A DNA stretch of 64,000 nucleotides from Trichoplax adhaerens (Eukaryota > Animalia > Placozoa), in the NCBI RefSeq assembly GCF_000150275.1, contig NW_002060947.1, forward strand, positions 1,481,199 through 1,545,198, read 5' to 3'. The position numbers and the translations under genes are program-made. This document shows positions 1 through 9,865 of this stretch, piece after piece. Within the stretch, counting starts at the first letter, position 1; every line of letters begins with the position of its first letter. The notes under the pieces are model-generated. The model was not told the origin of the DNA and made no database searches. It was given only the letters and a program-made list of their open reading frames with translations.

Positions 1-1284
1 TAGAATACAGCGTTTACAAAATACTGGTGTTCTCATAGCTTTGCAATAGCAGAAAAGTAATAAGGAATGAATATTATTTACTAGCAAAATATCCAATAGG
101 AGTAGTAGTATCTTCTATTTTGAACTATGGCCACTGTAGTAATAATTTCTCAAATAGTCACGATCCTTAGCAGAATACGGTATACCATAACAACATCATA
201 TGTAATCAATGTTGAAAATCAATTGCGATGTTGTTGGATTTTCAAAAGGTATTAAGAAACTAATAAACATCCCTTGTTAATGTTTTAGGAGAAGCAAGAT
301 TATTATTGTTCGTTCTTCTTTTTCTCGTTAAAATGACGAAAATAAAACTGATTCATCTAGTGTAAATATATTATAAAAATAATAACAAAATAGGAATATC
401 CCTTCGATTTGGAAGATGGTCTAAATGATTCCTGGATCAGTTTTACGTGAATTTTTTTTGAATCTACTGTATTTTCTTTACGTTGAGTATGATGAAAGTA
501 TTTTAGCTTGCTTGACATATAGATTGTCAAAATAGACTGGAATATCCATAAAATTGGAAAGATAATAAAATTGTTAATCATCTCTATCGATTTCCTTGTT
601 GTCATCGACTTTCATTAGGATGAGTACGAGAGAAAATATAGGGATATAGACTATCCAATCCATTTGTAAAACAGATTAGACTATCTATCACATTGAACCG
701 ATGATACTACAGTAGTAAGTTGTATCCATACTCCTATTTCATTGGAAGCTCGTCAAGAGCGAATAAGATGAGAGCAATTTGACTTACTTTATTTTCTCTT
801 CAATCCATTTGTAAAATGGACTGGGTTCCCTATGAAATTCCCTTGAAAGATGATATCAGTCCATTTCATGGATATCCCAGTTTTAATCTACTTTCTCTAC
901 ACTGAATGGTAAGCCTAGAACGAGTTTACTGACAGTAAGTTGCTTACCCTTACTGTTGTTGGCCTATTCAAGCCGATCATAACGACTCTTGCTACCGATA
1001 GATACCCCTTTACAATTTGAAGACAAGACAACATTCGTCTACAAGGAGAATAATCAACCACTAACATTTATTAGTATAGTTATGCCAGCGTCAATATGGA
1101 ATTTGCGCCATGGTTTAAGGATATGATTGCAATGATTGAATTCATGAACTAGGACTAGAAATTGCTTTTGACTTTCTTGTGAAATGTATCGATTGATGAA
1201 TTGATCATGATCTAATGGAAGATTAAATCATCCATAACCAAAGATGATGATACCAAGTAAAATGAGTCTGTTGAAGAAATATCA

Positions 1285-1654
1285 AATTGGACTATTACGT
1301 ATTGAGATTGTGGATGCGCTACCATGACACTAAGTCAATTCATTCACGCAGTCCATAGACTGCCAACTCGACTACCTGGTTGGTTTACAGGATATCCCAT
1401 AGAATCATTTTTAATGAAGTTTTTTTCAATCCATGCGATATCATAGAAAGTACCATAATAAATCGAAATATGGAATTGGGACTATTACGTATTGAGATTG
1501 TGGATGCGCTACCATGACACTAAGTTAATTCATTCACGTAGTCCATAGACTGCCAACTCGACTACCTGGTTGGTTTACAGGATATCCCATAGAATCGTTT
1601 TTAATGAAGTTCTTTTCAATCCATGCGATATCATAGAAAGTACCGTAACAAATC
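1285..1654. repeat. Recent tandem duplication, 2 x ~180 bp (period 190)
   Basis: The block 'ggactattacgtattgagattgtggatgcgctacc...catagaaagtacc' occurs at ~1289 and ~1479 with only a few substitutions. Confidence 0.95.
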
Positions 1655-1829
1655 AATTTCGTCATCGATCTCAGCATTGATTCATGGATTTCAAATGGTG
1701 AATGAAAATATAAAATAAATAATCAAATCACCGGTAATTCTTTCATGCCAAGATCCAATCAAGGAATGGATCTCGTCACTGGCTGCCATGGAAAAGACAG
1801 CGATGTTAATGAGTGGATGAGACCGATGG

Positions 1830-2240
1830 ATTAGCCAATGAAATGGACGCAGATTGAATGAGTGACGATTGAATAGCTGAGTTGTACAAGCACGTCGTCC
1901 AAGCGTGCATCAACGTCGACGATCTCACTGTCATTGCATTCAATCTTGTCGTCACGTGGTCGGTAGCCTTGGAGCGATTTGAATTAATCAAGCAAACAAT
2001 TGAAGCATTGGAATGAAGTAACCACGGCAACCACGTCATTGCTGTTGTGAGCCCCTGCGAAGAGCGGCAAGCTACGCAAGCGTACATAGGAAAAAGTGAT
2101 CTGCGACCGCTGCTTATATACTCCACTCCGCTGTTACTAAAAATAGAACTCCATATTTGGATGATTAAAAATTGTGTCATCGGCCAATCATCGTTCTACC
2201 TTACCTATATAAACAGAATTGCACATCGTGTACAGCAGTT
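1830..2240 (+). promoter_or_regulatory. KLF proximal promoter (E-box, CRE/UPRE-like, MEF2, CArG, CCAAT, TATA)
   Basis: GTCACGTG 1951-1958, CCACGTCA 2031-2038, CTAAAAATAG 2137-2146, CCATATTTGG 2151-2160, CCAAT 2184-2188 and TATATAAA 2206-2213, all upstream of the ATG at 2271. Confidence 0.65.
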
Positions 2241-2270
2241 CACAATCCAACAACAAAATTGCTCACCATC

Positions 2271-3636
2271 ATGTCGACTACCGCGATCCAAAATCAACTT
2301 TCATCTGAGCTCGGTTATTTCTATACCGATAGCTTTTACGATAATATTGCTGGCCTTACCAACTCCAATTACATGCCATCGTTGGATGAAGAATGGCTTC
2401 AGGTAAAAATAAGTAGAAAGTGTAGATAGCTTGATGTTTTTATTTTGGGGAGGAATCATCATGAGCAGTAGACAACGAGCAAAGTACGTTACACTCGTTG
2501 CAGCCAGCTTAGGATAGCATGACAAAATAATAGTTCTATCTTTTACAAAAAGAGTTCTTTCGATGGTACACTGTTTGTAGGATGGATGAGTTTTAATAGA
2601 ATTTGGAACGCTGTAGTTTTTTTTGAATTGTAATTAACTTGTTGATCAGCAATACATTAAACGACCGAAAGTTAACATTACTAGTCGCTGTTCTCTTAAT
2701 AGAAGTTCAATGTGTTTCCTTCCTCTGGTATTTAGTTTAATTTACCAACTGATAGGATTTCTCATTAGTTATGCTTTGTTTTGATGTAACTAGATTTATC
2801 AAGGTGCTGAGCAATACAACAATCAATGCCATACTCCAACTGATACTTCACGCTCTAGTTCAAGTGATTCATGTGAAACACCAAGCAACAGCAATAGCGA
2901 CTTGTCTATTATTGACGATATTCTATTGCTTGAAGATGAATTATTTCGTGAAGTCAGCGCCAATCCAGATAATTGCAAATACACCAATCAAAATCAATTC
3001 TTTGCTGACTTAGAAATGCCAAACACATATCTAAGAACTGATCTTGAATTTAAACCATACGAACAACGCCAACACGAATGCAAATGGGTTGATACCAAAG
3101 AATATCCCAACAACAATCAAAAACTCCATCCACAACCCATGATGGTCTATAACACCCCCAATCAGCAAGTAGCAGAGCTAGACTGTGTTCAATCAACTAA
3201 TAATGTCGTTGTAACTGTTCCTGCTGGCCATTACGTGCAAACTCTTATACCGATGCAACAACAACCAATACAAATTCCTCCGCCGGCCTACGTCAGTACA
3301 CCTCTGGTGCAATCGACTAAAACCGACAAAAGTCAACCAGGCAATCGAAGGAGTTCAACGGATACCAACAGCAAACGTGTCCACCATTGTACCTATCCCA
3401 ACTGTAATAAAGTGTACACCAAAAGTTCCCATCTGAAAGCTCATTTAAGAACTCATACTGGCGAAAAGCCTTACAAGTGCCCTTGGGAATCTTGTCCATG
3501 GCGATTTGCCCGATCAGACGAGTTGACCAGGCATTACAGAAAGCATACTGGTGCCAAGCCGTTCAAATGTAATTTCTGTGAAAGATGTTTTTCACGCTCT
3601 GATCATTTAGCCCTCCACATGAAAAGACATTCATAA
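2271..3636 (+). CDS. KLF6/7: Kruppel-like factor, KLF6/7-like; 2 exons (2271-2402, 2794-3636)
   Basis: Three C-terminal C2H2 fingers ([37 protein letters not shown]). Exon 1 ends [10 protein letters not shown]|gt, resembling KLF6 LPSLEEYWQQ at the same phase-0 intron. The acceptor tag|ATT at 2794 is in frame with the 244-aa ORF. Confidence 0.92.
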
Positions 3637-5946
3637 CTTATCACTAATTTATCTTGAATGTCCCAATATTGGCAATTATTGTAAAGCGCAAATCAATTTT
3701 GGCTTCATTTGCATAATACTTCCATTTGCTAGTATTGCAGTATAGAGTACAGTACTGTACAGCTTGTATACTACATATACGCATATACTGTACAGTATAA
3801 CTGCATATGCAGACATTCCTTCTGTTAATATGCACTGTACATGACATTGTTTTTTATTTTTATGTTTATACAATACCCTTACTGTCGTATTGTATTAGCA
3901 TAACTTTTACTGTATGCCTTGACTGTTTAATTGTATCGGCTTAAATTATTTGAATCATTTCATTATTGTCTCTAACAATAACGCCAATGTTGTTGATCTA
4001 TTCTCGTTGATGATAACAATACATCTTATTTGAATAACCATTGTGTAAAATGATTTGATCTATTGCTAACTAGTAGCATCATCCATTTTCATGAAATTAA
4101 TTTTATGGACCGTGGGTTCTTGTTTATAATGTTTGATCCAAGAATGTAAAAGCAACCAAAAAAATTTCTCGTAACGTTGACACTATAGCACTGTATAACA
4201 GCTTTAACGAAGCTTTTCAGCTAATCCAAAAATATATATCTCTAAAATGCAATTCTAATAATGGGCTTTTAATATAATATATATATTAGCACAACGAATT
4301 TTTTAATTATGGAAATCATTTCCTACTTCGTACTATAATGAACAAATATAAAAATCATCTAAATTTTGTTTGCCGAATTTTACCTACATCAGTTTGTTTT
4401 TCGAAAAAGATTTAAGATATCTAATTTTATCGATATATACGTATTCAATCGCAAATGCTTACGTAGCGTATAAACGTATATAGATATATATCTTATAAAG
4501 TAAAGTCTGTTATTGTACGATTGTAATTTCTATAGAATTCATACATCTGCTGTTTCATAGGACTATGTACATTCAGCTGCATAATTGAAATGACAATTCC
4601 GGTGAATCTAATACGGATCTAAGCTCTTGTATTATATATTGGTAGTGCTGGCTTTAAATTTAGGCCTTCAAATAAAAATTTTCTCGTTCAATCTTCCTCG
4701 TTGTTGCAATTACTTCGACTGCTTTCAATCGAATGATAAATTTTATTTATACTTTATTAAGAAATCATCATAGGAAAGATGATACCGTAGTTCCTTTTAT
4801 GAATGCGCAGTGTGCATTCTAAGTAGTCAAAATTAAATTGTACGGTACAGTATACGAGTAAGAGAGCGAGCTTTACTAGCCCTAGAGACTAGTAAGATCC
4901 AGGATATGAACATTAGTAAAAGGTACTGTACGTTCCATCTTTGATTTTTAAATGGGAGCTTATCAACATCTGCAAACGTTTAAGACTGTTTAGTGAATAA
5001 TTGTTGGATAAAGGTGAGATCAACACATATTGCACGCAATCACAGAGATACTACGTGGTCTTATTTTACATGTACTGTACATTTATCCCTTATGTATAAA
5101 CAATACCAAACATGAATTAAATCCATTTGTACAAGTTTATTATTTGCTAACGAGATTAAATTACAAAAGTATCGAACAGGATTAACCAAATGCCTCCGTA
5201 AATAGTTCGAACTTTAATCATGAAGAATAGTACTGCAAATCAGTAAAAAATAATACAGTATTTGGCAAGTGCAGTAACGTAGTACTTAAATACCGAAATG
5301 GTTAACTGTAATTACAGTGTTTACTATTTACCCAGTAATAAGGCGTATCCGTACAGTACTACAAACAGATAATTGATCAGGTATTCAGTAATAGTGTTAA
5401 CATATGTAACGCGGAAGAGATATAATTCATTACTGTATATCTGTACAATATAGCATTAATAACATTAACTTAAAACTGTCATTACAACGTTTGATTCTAT
5501 GTTGAAAAATTTTTTATACGCAGCTAGCTTAAACATAAATGATTTCGGGCTCATGTTTTCAGGCAGAATCTAGCCATGTGATACAATTGCTATCACTCAT
5601 AGCACTATTTTCGCTGTTATAAGACGATTATATGCAATCGATAGGCGATCGATTTTAAATAGTAAAAATTATAATATCCGAGGTTTCCATAGTGAGTAAA
5701 GATTCTTCTATATAACGTAAAGTTCTCCGGTAGTAAGTGTAATGTAGTTCTTACTTTAAAGTCCGCAAATACACTGTAATAAAACGTTAGTGGGTCGAAA
5801 CATTTCACGGTTTGTTTCATCAAGCTGTCGATGTCCATCTTAGAGACATATCATGTTTTGAATCATACAGAAACGCTTACTTTAAATAAAACCACAATTA
5901 AAATGGATAAAAACCACCAAAAATCAACTCAGGTTCCGTAGTCTGT

Positions 5947-8082
5947 TTACTCGGTTTTGCCATCTGATGTGGCTTTGCCGTCTGATGAGGTTTTGCCATC
6001 TGAATTGACGTTATCACTCTTAGCATCTTTCGAAATTTCTGCGTCAATTCTCTCTTTAGCACGATACACCTAACGAAATTATCGATAAGATATGCAGCAT
6101 GAAATGAGCAAATATCGGTGTTATTAGGGTCATAATTTCATTTCATGACAGCCATTATAACGGTATAAATTTTCTAAAATGTATATTCTAAATAATACCG
6201 CATAAATACCTTCGATTGTAAGTAAAATGATCCACCTGCAGTTTTATCGTTGACTTTGAACAAATGATCAAAACTCTAAAATTTGTTTAATGAAAGCAAA
6301 TTACATTAACATCAACACCTTTAAGAATTTTTAAGTATACATCTATATATCTACATTCTACGTATATATATTTATATATCATATATTGATGACGGTGGTA
6401 AAAATAAAAGACTGCGTGTAATTCAATGCCGAAATGGGTAAAGGGCGATTCTATAATTGACTGTGTGTGTACAGTACTCTTGGCAGTCATAATTTATAAA
6501 AAGATTCTAATTAACAAGCCGCTGTTTGAACTTTACACCTGATGCTTCAATTACTGCTTACCTGAAAAACACCCTACAGTCTATAACATGCAATACATAT
6601 ATCTAACTATGGAATAGACAACTTCTAGGAGCCAAAGGGCCAAATTCAAATTATTGTAACATAAATTATGAGATTAACAGTAAATACCTTCTGTATCAGC
6701 TCCGGATCTAACTTTTGGATATTTAAAACTTTCTTTGCCTCCTAGTTTAGACAGAATATCAGGTTGAATTGTAGCATCATAATTAAGTTTAATCCAATGT
6801 ATACTCGTAGTTCTAAAGTGCTTCAATACCGCTAACAACGAAAAATATTTCAATCTGCAGTAATCAACACACACTTATCATACGTACTGTACTCATAAGC
6901 TATATATACGATACAAATTACTGTATAATTACACATTCTATCAGAAATATTATACTGTAACTTGATCGTAACGCGATTACGTTAAGTTAATCACCGTGCA
7001 GTTGAGACACGAAGGAATTCTATTCTATTATCAACTGAGGCTAAAAATCTATCACTAGTTATCTTCACATGCAGACAACATTTTTGAAAGTGGGTGGGCA
7101 TACTTTAATCTTCCAATCTCATATCCACATTGCATTTTATGAAGCTACACCGCATTTACGAGTATTTAGCAACCTTTTAAGTTAAAAAAGATGGTCAAAT
7201 TACGAGTACGCGTATACTCTTCACAAGAACTGCTAGTTTGCACTATGTACATTGTACAACCTAAAATATAGCTGTTGAAACTAGGATTTAGAATAGTAAA
7301 GGCTATGTGGATTAAAATTTAAGGTACACTGTAACCAGATAACCTAAAGCCTTATTATGTGCGGCTACTCCTTGAACGGGAAATAGATGATCTAAGAAAC
7401 TAATCAAGGAAAATTGGATTGAACTACGGGATTGCATCGCGTGTGAAATACTGGCGACCACGAGTCGTATGTCATCACGTTAGAATGCTCCAGGAAATTT
7501 GAAATCAATGATATGGACCCGAAATTTTGATAAGGCATATGTAATACGTAACAAGTGAAGATATAATCTTCATTTTATGTTATAATGTTTTAACATTCTT
7601 ACCAAAGTCAAAAGATCTTAATATTAAACGTTTACATACGGTAGATGGAACTTACAGATAAGGACATTCCAAGCAGGCTATTCCTAGCTGCCTCTTTGGT
7701 GCCAGTTGAGTCGGCAGCTTTCCTGGCAGCCTGACTGCCTATAAAATAGTAAGACAGAAGTATTTCTTATTATAACTAGTCAACTTTGGGATCAAATTAC
7801 GACAAGGACAAGATCATCCAACTATCACGATGATACAAGACGCCCATTCTGTCTATCTTCTAGGGCATCGAGTCACTTACTCGCAAATTCTTGACGTAAG
7901 GCTTGAGTGAAAGCACGTCCCACTACTTGAGCACCGATGACGATCATTTGAGCAATAAATTTCGCCTAAAATTTTCAATCAAAGCAGCAAAATTATACAT
8001 TTAGTGATATTCCTATCGGATATAAAATGAATCAATTCCCCACAGTTGAAATTTGAAAGCTAAAAGGATTTAATCGAACCAT
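5947..8082 (-). CDS. PAM16: Mitochondrial import motor subunit PAM16/TIM16 (Magmas); exons 8082-8080 (ATG only), 7965-7881, 7738-7656, 6741-6688, 6275-6210, 6069-5947
   Basis: Spliced product [40 protein letters not shown]...[59 protein letters not shown] matches Magmas family motifs ([25 protein letters not shown]). All introns are GT-AG with consistent phases. The ATG-only exon is the least certain. Confidence 0.95.
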
Positions 8083-8205
8083 TTTTAATTTAGGATCGGA
8101 AGGATTTCTGGTCAATCTTTCGTCATGTTATGCAAATTAATCGCAGATGCTCCACGATGACCGCATAAGCGTACTGTACCGATCCGGTCTTGGGTGGCTT
8201 CATCG

Positions 8206-8217
8206 TGCGCACGCGCG
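8206..8217. promoter_or_regulatory. NRF-1 consensus site
   Basis: TGCGCACGCGCG matches YGCGCAYGCGCR exactly, ~125 bp upstream of the PAM16 ATG. Confidence 0.6.
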
Positions 8218-8243
8218 ATGCCTTGAAACATGCTTGCGGTGCC

Positions 8244-8500
8244 TGAGTACAGTACGTACTGTAGTGTACTGTACAGTAAACAGTGTGTACAGTAGTACTG
8301 TACAGTACTGTACTGTACTGTAGTACTGTGTACAGTACACAGTACTCAAAAAGCGCTACTGTACTGTACAGTACTGTACTGTACTTTGGAAAAAAACGTG
8401 TGGACGTACTGTACACTGTACATTGTACAGCGCTATACTGTATCATACCGTACAGTACATTTCGACAGCGTACTGTGCTGTACTATTGTTTACGTACTGT
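8244..8500. repeat. CAGTA/TACTG quasi-palindromic cluster in the PAM16/U2 divergent promoter
   Basis: Dense mosaic such as 'gtacagtagtactgtacagtactgtactgtactgtagtactgtgtacagtacacagtact'. Confidence 0.9.
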
Positions 8501-8507
8501 ATGTTAG

Positions 8508-8570
8508 CCAATCAGGTTATCGTATGCAAATCATAATATGCAAATTAGTTGAAACCATAAGTGAAGAAAA
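8508..8570 (+). promoter_or_regulatory. U2 snRNA promoter: CCAAT, two octamers, PSE-like element
   Basis: CCAAT 8508-8512; ATGCAAAT at 8524-8531 and 8538-8545; GAAACCATAAGTGAAGAAA 8551-8569 lies at about -61..-43, the usual PSE position, and resembles vertebrate PSEs. Confidence 0.65.
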
Positions 8571-8611
8571 TCCATACTGTAATATATAGGCCGACCGTAT
8601 ACTCAATCGGT

Positions 8612-8800
8612 ATCGCTTCTCGGCCTATTGGCTAAGATCAAGTGTAGTATCTGTTCTTATCCGTGTGACAACGGATACCGAGTAAATTTTACTCGGACCT
8701 GTCACATCAATTTTTCTTGGGGGCATTACACTAAAGCTTGCTTTAGGTAGTGCAGGTATTGCACTGGTATAGCACTACTTCCAGTCGTAGTACGCCCCAA
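8612..8800 (+). ncRNA. U2: U2 spliceosomal snRNA
   Basis: 5' end ATCGCTTCTCGGCCTATTGGCTAAGATCAAGTGTAGTATCTGTTCTT; branch-pairing GTAGTA 8644-8649; stems IIa, IIb, IIc, III and IV all foldable; U-rich Sm-like site 8709-8719; ~189 nt long; 3'-box-like AAAACAAAGA just downstream. Confidence 0.97.
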
Positions 8801-9865
8801 CTCATCTTAAAACAAAGATAGAGCAACTGAAATGGAACTGAAAAGATTTCATGCTTGAGAGTACTGTAGTCGGATAGAAATGTTCATAGGACAAATTATA
8901 GTTAGAAGTTCAACCAGCCAAAGCCAATTGCATGCGTAAGCATAGGCTAAAGTGCGCCTATGCCTTGACCTAGTACTTATGTAGTCCAGCTTGAGCTCAC
9001 GTACTGTAAACTAGAGGGAAAGGAAACCACAATTCACAGTATTGGTAAAAATAGGAGGGCCAACATTTTTGCTAGTCATTTTAACTGCACTATACAGTAC
9101 TGTACAGTACAGTACATCTGTAACCGCACATTTTGCTATTCACAAGTATGCTGCCAAACTAGACAAGTTAGTTAGCTACAGTATGGAATGAACTGATGAT
9201 AGTGATTTATTGCCGTACAGCATGTCTGTATCCTATTCCTATCATCATCATCATCATCAATCCCATAAGCCTGCCTCTGAATAGCTAATAATTAATTCAT
9301 TCATTCTATCTTTGATGTAGTCAAGATGTAAAGCCATGTAAATATACTGTACTTGAGCAGGAGCCCAGTAATGTTTTATTTTATTTCAATGCATCGAGCT
9401 AATAACTAGCACTTTTTCTCGTACAGTTAGGGTAACAGTATCTTTCGTATACTGATATCTACCTTAATTTAGGTGGGAAAATTACAGTTTTTTTTCTTAC
9501 AATATTGTAGTTTTCAAAGAATTTACAGATACATTCGAGTCATCCATTAGTATATATATATATATACTGTATATAGTCAACCACAGTATTAACAGTTATG
9601 CCATACTTACAATTATTTGAAGTTGAAAATACTGTAGCTATCATTTGCAATTAAAATTTCAACTTACACTAATACATAGCGCGACAATCATTTGGCTTTG
9701 GTAATGAAATCCTGTAATAAAGCTGGGAAATACTATAATTTACACTCATCATGATATACAAGTTAACAGACGTGCTGCTAATGAAATAATTACGGGGTTA
9801 CATACATTAAATCTTATTTCTAATCAATTTCCCATTTCCAATCATAGAAAATCACTTATTTTCAA

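Noticed and set aside
1806-2406. ORFs of 124 aa (-) and 119 aa (+) over the KLF promoter
   Set aside because: They show no recognisable domain or splice structure and are explained by the locally higher GC of promoter DNA.
8123-8589. ORFs rich in YSTVLYC (also 16877-17188, 36804-37268 and 3644-3873)
   Set aside because: These are translation artefacts of the stop-poor CAGTA/TACTG motif; the same pseudo-peptide appears on both strands.
8940-8963. Hairpin GCATAGGC...GCCTATGC downstream of U2
   Set aside because: An 8-bp stem is expected by chance, and it is not part of known snRNA 3' processing signals.
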